The notes beneath the pieces were generated by a model. It ran no database searches. It had not been told where the DNA came from and was given only the letters and a program-made list of their open reading frames with translations. Of a stretch of DNA of 64,000 bases, positions 35,961 to 48,819 are shown one piece after another. The stretch is from Lama glama (Eukaryota). The stretch is from contig CM052816.1 in assembly GCA_028534125.1 (NCBI GenBank), forward strand, positions 3,536,001 to 3,600,000, read 5' to 3'. Every line of letters begins with the position of its first letter. The first letter of the stretch is position 1. The translations under genes were made by a program, and so were the position numbers.

Positions 35961-36769
35961 GTCCCAAGTCGGCTTAACCTTTTTAATGGCTGCACGATAT
36001 TACAGTATATGATTGTGCTGTCCTGTGCATAACTCATTCCTCATTAGTGAATGTTCAGGTTGTTTCAAATTTTTTGTTAGAAATCATACTGCAGCCTTAG
36101 CTATTCGTCTTTACACGTGTGAGGACATACATAGTGGGATAAATTGCTTGAATTATATAATGGCTACAACAAAGGGCCTGAGAATGTTAGATTGTTAGGG
36201 TTGTAGCCAAACTGTCCCCCAAAAAGACTGTCCCAGTTGACACTTGCACGAGCAATCACATAGGAAAGCCTGTTTCTTATACCCTTACCAACACTTTGTT
36301 TTCAGAACTTTTTAGTATCTGTTAATAGAACAAAATGATAGTTCACAGTTTTGAATGAAATTTATTTGGTTTTGACTGTGCATTTGTTTAAAAGCCTATT
36401 TGCATTTTTTTTTTCCTGCCAAGTGCCTATCCATGCTACTTCCACTTTCGGAGGAGTGAGCCTCTTCTTCTGACACTGGTTTTGAGGAACTTTGTGTGCA
36501 CGGAGGAGTTTCTCTGTACTGTCACGTGTTTCCTTACCAGCTTTGTCTTTTTATTGTGTATGGTTTTGGAATTTTTATGTACTCATAGCTATTCATCTTT
36601 TCCTTTGAGGCTTTTGGGTTATATATTTTGCTTTAGCTTTGCCCACTCTGATGTTATTTTTTTTTAATGCAATGTTTTCTTTGACTTACACAATTTTATT
36701 TTTTTCACCTTTTGATCCACTGGATTTTTTAAAAATTTTTATTGTTTTTGTGGGTTTTTTAAAGCTGTT

Positions 36770-36907
36770 TAGGGGGAGCAAATAGGTTTATTAATTTTTT
36801 TAAATTTACTTTTTACTTTTTTTTTTTTTTAACACAAACCCTGGGGATTGAACCCAGGACCTCATGCATGCTAAGCACGTGCTCTACAGCTGAGCTACAC
36901 CGTCCCC
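36770..36907 (-). mobile_element. Vic-1-type SINE
   Basis: ctggggattgaacccaggacctcatgcatgctaagcacgtgctctacagctgagctacaccgtcccc. Confidence 0.9.
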
Positions 36908-37044
36908 TGGTAGAATCCATTTTGGTAAAAGAATGCATTTATATTTTACCCCAGTGTCTTGCCAGTTGTCCCATCAACATTTATTGAACAATTCATAATT
37001 TTCTTACTGCTTTTAAATGCGACTTTTTATCATGTAAGGAATTC

Positions 37045-37067
37045 TGTGTGTGTGTGTGTGTGTGTGT
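37045..37067. repeat. (TG)n microsatellite
   Basis: Directly visible. Confidence 0.95.
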
Positions 37068-37559
37068 TGTGTATAGGATGGTAGGGTACCTTGGACTTTA
37101 AGTTCTATTCCATTGTTACATCTGTTTTTTCCTGCAAAAGACAGCTTGAAAGTTACCTGTACTGGCTGGTCTTGATCCCAAGTTTACACTTTAAATTTTG
37201 TTGACAGCCTGAGTTTAAGAAAAGACATTAAAGCTGCTTTGTTTGATTATTTTTTGTGAGTCTCTGGTCATTATGTATCAAATCCATAAGCAATGGGCTT
37301 GTTTGACAGATTGAGTGTTTGACCTGGCAGATGAAGTAAGGCAGGTAACACAGAGGGAAGAAGAACATTTTGCTTCCAAATAACTGCTCACTATTTTCTA
37401 ATAATAAAATACCCTGGAGCATTGAAAAATGACGGGCACATGACAGGAAAGGGATTTATGACGATCGGTGAGTGTCATGGACTCAGGACAGTTGTCCATC
37501 ATTCACAATGTGCTTTGCTAATCCAGATCAAGGCCCGTTTTTCACTCCGTGACATTAAC

Positions 37560-37865
37560 GTCTTAGAAACTACCTTGCTGGCATTGTCATTCCTCAGGGC
37601 CTTTGCACGTGTGGTTGAGCCCTGTCTGTAATGCGCTTTTCCCAGATAGTGGTCCCTTCCTGTTCTTCAGGCTTCTGCCCAAATGTCATCATATCACAGA
37701 GGTCTTTCCCAATCGGACTACCTGAAATGTATTCTTAGCTTGTGTTCTTTTTCTTCAAAGAACACATTACTTCCTGACATACTTACTCTGGCCTCCCCGT
37801 GAGCGTGGCACATAGACAGCCTGACACAGGCTCACCGAGATACTTGGGGAATGAGCAAATACGCG
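37560..37865 (+). mobile_element. L2 fragment
   Basis: cctcagggcctttgcacgtg...ttcaggcttctgcccaaatgtcatc...cagaggtctttccc. Confidence 0.75.
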
Positions 37866-38415
37866 TTGTCGTCTTCTGATCTTGACTACTTACTGCTAGT
37901 GTGCAACTGAGAAGTTACTGGAATGGAAAGGGGATTGAAATTCCTTCATTTTAAACCAAAATACTGGATTACATCTTCCTGCGTCCCTCTGTCTCAGATA
38001 AGTGTGACCCAGGCATTGAGTCCCGAGAAAGTTAACTCTGCTCTGTTGGGTGTTTGTATCTGTTAAAGAGAGGTTGTTATGTCCAGAAGAGGGAGAGCCG
38101 GACTAGGAAGCACAGAGAGCCATGACCACAACCACTTGGAAAGCCAGCAGCTGACAGCCAGCTCTCAGCTTTCCTGCACACGTGTCCAAAGCCACGCACA
38201 TGGAAACCGGCACATTTTTCATAGTACATGAGCGCCGCACATCAGCAAACCCCAGTCTCTACTTGTCCGAACCTACAGCAGTTTGTTATTTGTCCACTGG
38301 TACAGTAGAGGAGGATGAGAAATACAGAGCGCATTTCATGAATCATACTTGGATATTGCTTTTTAATCATTCAGAATCTCTGCTTTCCTGGAAACTTCTA
38401 AATAAGAAGGATTTG

Positions 38416-38540
38416 GAGGGAGGGAGGGAGGGAGGGTACAGCTCAGTGGTAAAGTGTATGCCTAGCTTGCACAAAGTCCTGGGTTCAATCCCTAGTACCT
38501 CTGTTAAAAATAAATAAATAAAAACATAATTATTTTTTTA
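38416..38540 (+). mobile_element. Vic-1-type SINE (only + strand copy) with (GGGA)n-expanded 5' end
   Basis: gggagggtacagctcagtggtaaagtgtatgcctagcttgcacaaagtcctgggttcaatccctagtacctc followed by (taaa)n. Imperfect TSD aagaaggatttg / aaaaaggatctg. Confidence 0.9.
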
Positions 38541-38877
38541 AAAAAGGATCTGTGGTGAAAATTTACTTGTAAGTAGTGGTTAGGGGCTTGTCTTAAGGCT
38601 GTGTTTGTGAAGCAAGATTGAAAGTTAATTTCGGAGTGATGATTGAGAAAGACTTCAGCATCTGCAGACCCCGTTGTCCCGCTGGACCCCTGGCTGGGAG
38701 AGATGGATGAGGGGAGTCAGAACGGGAAGTCTCGTAGTTCAGAGCCTCCAAGCCCATGCATTGTGCTCCCAGGTGACTGCCTATGTAGTTTGATGTTTTC
38801 TGAATTCTCAGAGCCTCAGGTGGGGTCTCCTCTGGCCTCCAGAAGTGCACTTTGCACATTCTTCTGCAATAATTGCC

Positions 38878-39410
38878 TTAGTTACAGCGTTTCAAGGTGC
38901 AAGGGAAATTCTTCCTCTTGTTGCAAAGAAAGGAAGCTTTATGGACACCTTCAAAGTCCTCATGGGACCTAGGGGCAGTGACCCACAAGTGTGCTTTACA
39001 AGGCACCGGGAACAGGAGTGCAGGGGCATGAATAGAAATCAGGTAGCCGTTCTTTGTAGCTCTCTGGGGGCTTCACCGACTCTCATCTTCCCTCTGCACA
39101 GCCCCCATGCGCTCCCTCTTGGCCAGCCAGCTTTCTGTGCCTCTCAATTGCACATGGTGACATGGTGCAAAATGGCATCTCAGTTCCCGAGCTTACACGT
39201 CCAGCACCAGGAAAAATTAATGGGTAGATTGTAATTTAATTCTGACCTCATGAAAGAGACATCTGATTAGACCATCTTGGGTTCATCCTAGTTGGCCTTG
39301 CCTGGAGGCTTGAGGTCAAGCAGAAGAAGAACTTTCCTGGGTTTACACCCCTATGAGGAGCCTTCTCCAGGGAGGAAGCCATTGGCTGGGCAGACACCCC
39401 AAAGCTGGCA
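38878..39410 (-). mobile_element. Old MaLR LTR (degenerate)
   Basis: ttcaaggtgcaag...aaagaaaggaagctttatgg...caaaatggcatctcagttcccgagcttacacgtcc...tctgattagaccatcttgggttcat. Confidence 0.5.
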
Positions 39411-39429
39411 TTACAACCAGCGATATGCT

Positions 39430-39568
39430 TGCTTGCTTGCTTTATTTATTTATTTATTTTATAGTAGAGGGGAGGCAATTAGGTTTTATTTCTTTACTTT
39501 AATGGAGGTACTGGGGATTGAACCCAGGATCTTACACATTCTAGGCACTCAGTCTGTCACTCCTCCCC
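39430..39568 (-). mobile_element. Vic-1-type SINE (5' end damaged)
   Basis: ggggaggcaattaggtttt...aatggaggtactggggattgaacccaggatcttacacattctaggcac. Confidence 0.88.
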
Positions 39569-40119
39569 AACATATTTAGGTATGTGGATATTCACTCTTT
39601 CAGGAATATTTTGAGGAAAGGGACTCAACTGTGTTCATTATTATCCTCCCCCAGCAACTAGTAGAATATTGATTTTAACTGAAAAAATTAGGCAGATTAT
39701 TCTCAATATTGTAAGAGCTGACAGCACAGAGCAACAGGCTCAAGGGAGGTGCTGAATGTCTCTGAGCTGTGAGGGCCAGAGCAGACGGACACGCTTGTGT
39801 TGTGTTCCAACACACGTATCATTACATACCACACTGAGCTCACTTGTGGCTGCTTTGGGTCATTACTTCCCCTGCCTGTGTAATTTTATTTTTGACGGTA
39901 TTGCATTTCTTAACTTTCATCTTCCTCCCTTTCAGAAAGTGAAAGTCTCCCTATTCCTCAGACTAAACTCCCCATTCCTCAGACTTAACAGCAAGTAAGT
40001 CTCCTGTCTGTCTGCCCAGAAATCTCACACACGCCCCTGTGGGTGTACGTGTATCTTATTTTTCTCCACATAACTATATTGCTTGCTAATCTTTCCATGT
40101 CCACACACATCTTTCTCAC

Positions 40120-41000
40120 TTTTCCCAACAGTTCAGTATGAAAAGAAATTAAACATGCAGGAAGGTTAAAGAAATGTGACCCACTACATAAGTTCCATCA
40201 TTAACATTTTACTTCACTATCACACATCCATCCCTCTGTCTCACAGTCCATTTTATTTTTTGATACATTTAAAGTGGCAGACAGTGATTCACTTACCCCT
40301 GAATACTTCCTATGAGTATCATTAACTAGAGTTCAACATTGGCCTCCATTTTTCCTGTGGGGAGATAAGTTTTACATAAAAGGAAATTCACAAACCTTAA
40401 GTGTAACATGCGATGAGTTTTGATGCATGCACCCGCCTTTGTGACTCAAATCCCTATCAAGAAATAGGAAATTATGTAAGTCTTCTTTCAACTCAGTATG
40501 ATGTGTTAGAGATTCATCCATGCTGTTGAGGGTAGCAGTAGCCTGCTTTTTGTTTTACTTCTTTATTGTTTTTACAGTTGCTGAGTAGTACTACATTGTA
40601 TGACTACACCACAGTTTGCTCACCCATTTTCCTATTTGTAGGCTCTTGGACTTAACAATTTTTGGCAATTGTGAGTGAATCTGTTATAAACATACTTGCA
40701 TAGGTTTTTTGTTTTTTGTTTTTGTTTTTTTGAGAGGGAGTGTTTTACTTCTCTTGGGAAAACACCGAGAGTTAGAATGGTTGGATCACAGGTAGGCAGC
40801 TTTTAAAAAGTGACGTGCATTGCCTTATACGGATAAACCATAATTCAGTCATTCTCCTGTTGATGGACATTGAGTGTTTCTATTTTTTTTTTCTTTTGCA
40901 ATTATATGATTGTTATAGCAAACCCCTTTCTGTGTCTGTTTTTCCTTTCTTGACAAAGTGAATCCACAGGTAAATTACTAGCACTGGAATGACTGAGAGT
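40120..41000 (-). mobile_element. L1ME-type 3' fragments
   Basis: cacaaaccttaagtgtaacatgcgatgagttttga...ctttcaactcagtatgatgtgttagagattcatccatgctgttg...ttgctgagtagtactacattgtatg. Confidence 0.75.
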
Positions 41001-41044
41001 TGAACTTCACTTTAAATGACAGTCCGCTGAGAAGCTGCACTGAG

Positions 41045-41215
41045 GCCCTGCAGCTCGGAACGTGGTCCTTGCCGCAGCGGTCGCAGCCTCACCTGGGAAC
41101 TTAGTAGAAATGCAGGCTTTTAAACCCTCCTCCAGACCTACTGAATCAGAATCTGCATTTGAACCAGATTCTCAGGGGAGTCCTAATGCACTCCCTAAAT
41201 GGAAGAAAATTGGAG
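41045..41215. mobile_element. MER5A-type MITE
   Basis: tcacctgggaacttagtagaaatgcagg...ccagacctactgaatcagaatctgcattt. Confidence 0.9.
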
Positions 41216-42054
41216 GTAGGAGAGCTTCATTTTTGCTCAAAATACTTAATTAGCTCTCTAGTAGCTTTTCCTGGAAGGTGTGGGACTTCAAGTGGTTGAG
41301 GGTGGTTTTTACATAAAGGCAAAGCCATCGAGTCGTGAACAAATTTTACAGTGAGTCAAGAAGCATAAGATCGTAGATGCTCAGGATGGAATAAGACCTT
41401 CAAGGTGATTTATTTTAGTGGCTTTCTGTGTTCTTCGTGAGGCCTTATTTCCACAGTGCCTTCCAGCTGCGCTGAGGGCCGAGGGCTGACTGGGGAGGGC
41501 TCTGGAGTCAGTCCCTCACCATGGAATCATTTTCACAAATTCTGTTTTGATACTGGAAAATTCCAGCAATATTCATCCTAAATACATAAACTTCTAGTTT
41601 GAAGAATTAAAAACCTACAGAAGAGTCTTAATTTAATTTAATTTAATTTAAAAGAATTTAAATTTTAATTTATACAGTGTTATTTTGAAACTATATAATA
41701 ATTTACCTAATATTGATGCACACAATGACCATCCATATGCCTTTTATGTACTTTTACAAATTATTAGCATTCTGCTCCCTCTCTTTCCATATACACACTC
41801 AGCCACACACTTATTTATGGGTGCATTTTGTTGCGCTTTTGTTGGTTGAACTACTTGAAAGCATTTTCCCCTAAATATTTCAGCACACGTCGCCTAAGAG
41901 TTTTTTTTTTCCTTACAGAGCCCCGACAGTATTACTACATCAAAGAAATTCCACATCAATACCGCATATGCAAAATCAAACGTCTCTAATTGTCCAAGCA
42001 CTGCCTTTTGTATCTGTGGTTTGTTTCCTACAGATCCAAAAAAGAATCACAATT

Positions 42055-42250
42055 AACATGTTACCCTAAAACTTCGTGGCTTAGGCAAAATTTTGTCACC
42101 TCACAGTTTCTGTGGGTCAGGAAATCTGGGCAGGCTTAACTGCATCCTCTGCTTCAGGGTCTGTTTCAGGCCACAATCTAGGTATCCGGGGAGGTTCTGG
42201 TCATCTCAAGGCTCGTGTCACGCAGGTGGTCGTTGGCAGGATTCAGCTGT
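42055..42250 (-). mobile_element. MLT1 (D-G type) LTR fragment
   Basis: ccctaaaacttcgtggcttag...ctcacagtttctgtgggtcaggaaatctgggcaggcttaactg...gttggcaggattcag. Confidence 0.8.
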
Positions 42251-42261
42251 GTGGTGAATTC

Positions 42262-42935
42262 AGTAGGCTGCCTTTTCGTTTTGTTGAGGTTTCCTTTGTT
42301 GTGCAGAAGCTTTTTAGTTCGATGTAGTCCCACTTGCTTATTTGTTGTTGCCTTTGTTTTTGGTGTCTGATCCCAAAAGTCTTCGCCTGGACTTACGGCA
42401 AAGAGCTTAACCTATGTTGTGTTATAGGAGTTTTATGGTTTCAGATTTTAAATTCAAGTCTTTAACCCATTTTGAGGTCATGTTTGTGTATCGGGTAAAG
42501 TCGTGGTCCAGTTTGATTCTTTTGCGTGTAGCTGTTCAGTTTTCCCATCATCATTTTATTGAAGAGATTGTCCTTTTCTCATTGTAAAGTTGACCCTTGA
42601 AAAACAGGGGTTTTTGGACTGCATGGGTCCACTTATATGTGAATTTTTTTCAGTAAACACACAGTCAGCTCTGTGTCTGCAGGTTCTGCAGCCGTGGAAT
42701 CAGCCAACCTGCAAACTGATCACATGACCTGTGGTTGATTGGATCCAAGGTTGTAGACCCCGTGGATGTGGAGGGCTGACTGTGGGACTTGAGCATCCAC
42801 AGATTTTGATATCCATGGTAGGTCCTGGAACCAACCCCCAACAGATACCTAGAGAGAGGTATCTGTTGTATATTCTTGGCTCCTTGTAGATTATTTGACC
42901 GTATATGTGTGGGTTTATTTCTGGACTCTATTCTG
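42262..42935 (-). mobile_element. L1MA-type ORF2 fragment interrupted by a Tigger element
   Basis: gtttcctttgttgtgcagaagctttttagttcgatgtagtcccacttg...ttctcattgta | tattcttggctcc...gggtttatttctggactctattctg. Confidence 0.85.
42587..42868. mobile_element. Tigger2/MER8-type TcMar element with TA TSD
   Basis: agttgacccttgaaaaacagggg...actgcatgggtccacttatatgtg...ggtcctggaaccaacccc. TA at 42585-42586 and 42869-42870. Confidence 0.88.
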
Positions 42936-43627
42936 GTAAGTTTTTCCTTGTGAGTCAGTATGAAAATCTTTTTCTTCTAATAGGTAAATCAAGTCTTTTT
43001 TATATTTACTGACATGACTGTTAAGTTTGGCATCAAATATATTATTTTGACATATTTACTGTATATTTTTCGATGTGATCTTTTCTCTCAAATTCCTTGT
43101 TTTTGTTTTGGAAGGTATATATTTTGTACTATTGGTTATCTTTATACTAATTCCTCTCAGCACCCACCTGTCTCCTCTGAGGTAATGATTATTATACTTT
43201 TTCTTCTTCTCTTCTTTTCTTTTTAAAAATTGTAATATTTCTACCTTGACAGAACAGTTAACATTCATGTACTTTCCTTCTACACTTAGCCACTTTGTTT
43301 TAGTCTCAGATCTAAAATTAAGTATATTTTTCATCTGTAAATAAAAGGACCATTAGTTTTTTGCCAAAGTTTCCTCAATCATTTTTCCATTTGGATGGTG
43401 ATAAGTTCTATTTCACATTTAAAATCCATAACTGGTAGTTTTTTTGTTTTGTTTTGTTCTGTTTTGTTTTGATCTTCAAGGACTGCAGTTATATTTTTGG
43501 GGTCTTTGCTTCTCTTCTGTGTCTGTCATTTTCTCTCTGATTCATTTTGTGCTAGTTCATTTTTCATTGTTTTGGTTTTTTCCTTACCCGCTGAGTACCT
43601 CCACCTCCCCTCTCTGTACATACGTGG

Positions 43628-43669
43628 ACACACAGACACAGACACACACACACACACACACACAGACAC
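43628..43669. repeat. (CA)n microsatellite
   Basis: Directly visible, with interruptions. Confidence 0.95.
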
Positions 43670-46600
43670 TGGCCTGAGCTATTTTAGACCCCTTCCCATC
43701 TATTTCCCAGTAGCCAGTGCTCTGATACACTGGTCTGTTATAAGAACGTTGCCAGTCGGGGTGGGATCGTCTTTGTACAGAGGCACTTTCGTCTGTGTTC
43801 ACCAGTGTTAGCATCCCATTGTGTCCTCTTGTTTCCCACACACTCTGTGTGGGACTGTGCTCTGACATGGGCTCCAGCTTGGCTCTGCTGGTTTCAAAAT
43901 GGTTATTTCCCTACCTGCACATAACTTGAACTTTAAAGCATTGATCTGTTTCCTAGTTTTAACAAATGGATTTTTACTTGTGTTCTGTCTATTGGGATGG
44001 TTGTCAGAGGATTTTTCAGACGATGGGTGGAAAGATTTTCATTTCTGTAGTTGACAGAGTTGCTTTAGGAAATCCAGAAATCAAGACTTGTATTTTCAAT
44101 ACAGACTTTTCCAACTAAAAATACAAAATAAGCTTGAAATTATTTACCTATTTTAATAGCTCATGTTTGAGGGGCCAATGAAGGATCAGTGTCTTATGAT
44201 GAAATACCTTCAGTGAATATCAATTCAAAAATTGGTTACTTTTTTTTTGATAATAATGTTCTTACTTGTTTTTAGACAAATTATTTCTCTGTATAGCTTT
44301 TTTGGATAATACCTAAATTCAGACCTTTGGGGTTACACAGAGTAAGTGTAAACTTTTTTTTCCAGCTAATGGATTTTACAGTGTTTGATGGTTAAAAATC
44401 ATGACCACAGTGTTCTCTTTTTCAGAATAAGTGATTTTAATTACTTCAACTTTCTTGTTTCTGTTAGTGTAGGAATGAAGTTTAATACTTGATCAGGTTA
44501 TAGGAATGGATCTTTGTGTTCATTTCATTAGCTGTCTTTAGCCAGACTGCTTTCTCCTGAACGAGCCTTCTGTGTAAATTTTTTTTCTTAGTTTCCAGAT
44601 GCCTATTTTCTTTATAGAACAAAATTTTAATGCATATTTTATAAAGCCAAAATCTGGCTTTTAGGACTCTCATTTTTCACGTGTATAATTTCAAGTGAGC
44701 CCTGGAAGACTCGCAACTTTATGAGTTTAGAAACTGAGTAGGTGGAGCTGTTTATCTTCTAAAATGCCCATTTTGAGCGTTTTACTAGAAGATCCCAACT
44801 AAGAAAGTACTAGTAGATGGGAAACCAGAGCAACAATAGTGACTCATAATCAAAGGAAAGCCAGGAAACGTGTTAGCTTTAATATTTACTGTGGAGATCA
44901 GCAGAGGCCTAGAGATGAAATCTGTTTCAACTTCATCCAGTTTTCTCACTTGTGCTTTTTATAGCTTTCTCAGTCATTGTGTTTGTCTGCTGTAGGAGGC
45001 TTTTGTTTGCCAAGAAGGGCTGTTACAACCAATTTCAAAGTTGGCGAAATAAAGTTAGCATTACACACAAGGCTGTGCGTTGCCATCCAGAGCGGCACTG
45101 ATCCTGTCTTAGGGAAACCAGTGGAGGAGAGACAAAGGCAAGGCCTTCAAGGGAATGTCCCGCAGGGGGAGCACCCCAGCAGCTGTGCAGCCAGGGAGAT
45201 GCTCTTGTACTGAATCGAAGACTCCGCTTCCTTGCATCATTTTCTCATTTCCAAGTAAAGGCTCTAAAACCCTAATGAAAAGATGATTTGTAAGAAACAC
45301 AGACATTAAAACTTAGCCCAAGCTTGTCTGCTAACCTGCTGACCGTAGAGCTGCCGAAGAAGTTAAGAACTCTTTTGAGGCACGATCCCCTGTTGCTTTG
45401 CTGCTGGAAGTGACTTCCCCTTGAAGGCCCTCTGTCCTTCTCTGCACTTCCTCAGGGGCATAAGTTTTCAGTTCCTGCCATGCTGGCCTCCTTCCCCAAT
45501 AGCCCTGCTGCTGGCTCTGCGGCAGGTGACCCTCAAGGCATCCCGACTGCCCTGGGTCTACTTTCCTTTCCCTTTCTCTTGGTCCCATCCCTGCGCAGGC
45601 TCAACAGAGGTGCTTAACTGTTGGCTTAGACCCTCCTAACTCCAATCCCCGCCACTGCCCCGGCCCAGTACAACTGAGACAAGTCATGCCCAATGCTGAG
45701 CTGTAACTGAAGGGATTTGGAACATACTCAGGGAAGAACAATCACATTTGCCTGGCATCAGCCAGCATGGCAACTTGACCCCTTCCTGGCTCTAGTCCAT
45801 GTGGCCTAAACCAGTTTGCTTCCCATGGTTAAAAACCGCTGACACTTTGTGCTCCAGAGTCAAGGCCAAAATCATACCCCACTGTTCCATTCTTCCTTCT
45901 CCCCTTATCCCCCGAAGAGAAGAGAGGAAACATTTCCAACTCTTTGCCTTATAATTAGTATTTTACAGGAGAATTGCCAGAGTGAATAGCCATTCCCTCC
46001 GAGAGAGTCAGTACCCTTTCCCACAGTCGGGTTACTTGGTCTTACAGAGCACCTGTGAGCCCAGAGGGGCAGTACCAATTCAGTTCAGTTTATTTACAGC
46101 CTCGTCTCATCAAAGATGAAAATCTCACCTTTACTAACCTAATAGCATGACTAGTACATGAAGAAAGGGGTGACAGAGGGAGTTTCATGAGGCTGGAATG
46201 ACAGGCTTTGTTGAAAGATAACATCCTGTACAAATCACCTTCTAAACATGTGCCATTAATAATTTCTCAATATTTCTTCACTTTTAATCCTTACTTCCAA
46301 TTTCTGTCTTTTATCCACTCACACTGCCTACTCTTCCCCCACCCCCTTTTTTTTAAGTGTAACCCTTTCTCCTTTCATATCAAAGTACATTTTAGACATG
46401 AAGGCAATATAAGTGATCTATTTGTCTATTTCTCCCTTTGGGCAATAGTATCTGTAATTTAAAGTAAAAAATGTCTCTCTTCCCTTTAATTTTATTTCGC
46501 CATCACCTGAAACCAAGTTTATCTCTTCCATTTATTGCTCCCTCAAGTCATGCTCTGGATATAATCATCTTCCGCCTTAAGTGTGTAAATGGGTAATGTA

Positions 46601-46959
46601 TAAACTAAGATATATCTCAATGGATGTAATCTAGAGATACCATAGGAACAATTAATCATATTAAGGGGATGAACAAAGAAGTACTCATTAAGAAATGAAG
46701 AAACAAAGCAAAACCAAGGCATGACTTTTCTTTCTGTTTAAATATTTGTTGTCAAGACTTACTACAGTCCTGAGGGATTTACAATCTTGAAAGCATTTGG
46801 AAACACAACCTCCATGAATGTATAAAAAGTAACAACAGTAAATTTTATATATACGGTGCCAGGGAAATGCAGAAATATTTTAAGGCAGAAATTAATCTGC
46901 TTGGTAATGAAACCCTTTTTTTTTTTTTTAAAACCTCCGAGGGACATCTTAGTATTTTC

Positions 46960-48790
46960 ATCATAATAATAAGGTGTTCTTTTCTACCATGTTTGACATT
47001 TGTACTAATGGTATAAAGGAATGGTATAAAATTGCTTGTACCTTAGAGAAAATCAAAGTAGTGGCACCAGATCTTACTGGTAATCACTGAATTCTTTACA
47101 GCCATACACGTACCATTTGTATATTTAACACATAAACACATTTCCGTATATACATGTGTATGGGGGATGCTCATTACTCACCATGGTAAATCAGTACAAG
47201 CAGAGTCAGTGAACACTGACCCATTCCTGGTAGACGAAGTGTAGGAGTACGTCCCTCTGAGCCTCCGATCATGACATTTTCATCAACCAGTCAGCATATA
47301 ACCTTATTATATGTGTGTTTCAGTTTAAAGACACCTTATTTAATATATATTGTTGATTCATTACCATTGAACTCTTGGATAACAGCATAATAATTGGTGC
47401 CTGAAGGAAGCCTGCCTGTCACATGTTTTCCTCCATGAGGCACGTCACAGCCTTTTTGTGCTTAGGAAAGCTAGACAGCACTTCAGCACTGTGCTTGAGG
47501 GCCATTTTAAACAGCAGAATCTCCAAGAAAAAGCATAAAAATGCAAGAAAGCATCCATGAATAGACTGTGTGAAGGACATTTGTTTACATGACAACAGCC
47601 GAACCAGAAGGCAGAGTGTTGCCTTGTTCTGTCTCATCTGGGACTGTGTGCGTTGGGTGGCTCAAATTTTTCTCCACACTGCATGGGTCTATGATTGACC
47701 GTGAAAGGACCACAAGTAGTGATTTTGGAGTTAAAAATAAGATTTAATAAATAGGCAAAATCACAAAGAAGAATCTGTGAATAGTGAGGATTGACTGTAT
47801 ATGTGTGTATTTAAATATATGCATTTATGTATGCCAGCCAGTTTCACCGAAGTACGTTCTTGATGAATCGCTAAAACATAGTAATTCAATTTTGATCCTT
47901 GAAACGTGTCTTTTTAATGTTCTGGGTGACAAAATGGGAACTACACAGAAAGTGCTTCTACTGGTACCAGAGCACACGTGTGATTGGGTTGCAAGCTGAA
48001 GTGGCCACTGATTTCATGCAACACCACTGTTACTTGAAAGAGTACCTTGCATATATTATTTTTCAGTCTTTATCCCTGGCAAACATTGTCTTGAAGATGA
48101 AAAAAGTGAGCTCGAGAAAAAAATTGATGATATTTGCTGCCAATAAGAAAATTCAAGTTCTGGCAAACACACATTTTTGCCACCAAGAGTCTGAGATCTT
48201 TTCAGTACTTAAACTTGTTGGATGAGATGGTGGTGATATTAACAAATGTGTTTTTTAACATATGGTGCAATGTTTCAACATTGGAAAGATCTGTTTATTT
48301 TGGTTAGCCAATATTTTCCAAATCACCAAGGTATAATGTTACCCATCGTTCATGAGTAAAGTATCTTTTAAAGTGCAAGACAGACCACTAGATATAAATG
48401 TAACAGTAAAAAAAAAAATTTACTGATACAGTTTCAGATTTCACATTGCAACTAACCATTAAGAAACCCCTCCTCCTCTAGTTTAGCTGTAGTATCAAAC
48501 AGAAAAATCCATAGTTATCTGAAAAGACTGTTAAGACACTCTTCCATTTTCACTTACACATCTATGTGATGCTGAATTTTTTTCATATACTTGAACAAAA
48601 ACAGTATATGGCAACAGATTGAATGCAGAATCAGGTAACAGATCCCAACTCTATTAAGCTAAACGTTGAAGATATTTGCAGAAATGTAAAATGATGTAAT
48701 TCTACCAATTTTTTATGGGAAACAGGGTTTTTCATAAAAATATTTGTTAATCTATAATGGCTTTATTATTGGTACTTAGTGTTTTCATTA
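46960..48790. mobile_element. Charlie1-type hAT transposon remnant interrupted by MER82
   Basis: tttgacatttgtactaatggt...aatcaaagtagtggcacca; aaagtgcttctactg...gggttgcaagctgaa; tttaaagtgcaagacagacc...gtttcagatttcacattgcaactaacc. Confidence 0.85.
47162..47799 (-). mobile_element. MER82 (Tigger-derived) element
   Basis: Ends gaatctgtgaatagtgaggattgactgta. The - strand encodes a Tigger transposase N-terminal remnant (MALKHSAEVLSSFPKHKKAVTCL). Confidence 0.88.
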
Positions 48791-48819
48791 TTCTAGACAG
48801 GGGAAAAAAACCAAAATTG

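Larger units (their letters stand above)
35700..37150 (-). mobile_element. Old L1ME-type 3' fragment hosting two Vic-1 SINEs
   Basis: tttttaatggctgcacgatatt...tcaggttgtttcaaattttt...ccttaccaacact...ccagttgtcccatcaacatttattgaa. Confidence 0.65.

Noticed and set aside
38430..38502. tRNA-Ala-like sequences here and at seven other sites
   Set aside because: They are heads of Vic-1-type SINEs with A-rich tails, several with TSDs, and many substitutions; they are not tRNA genes.
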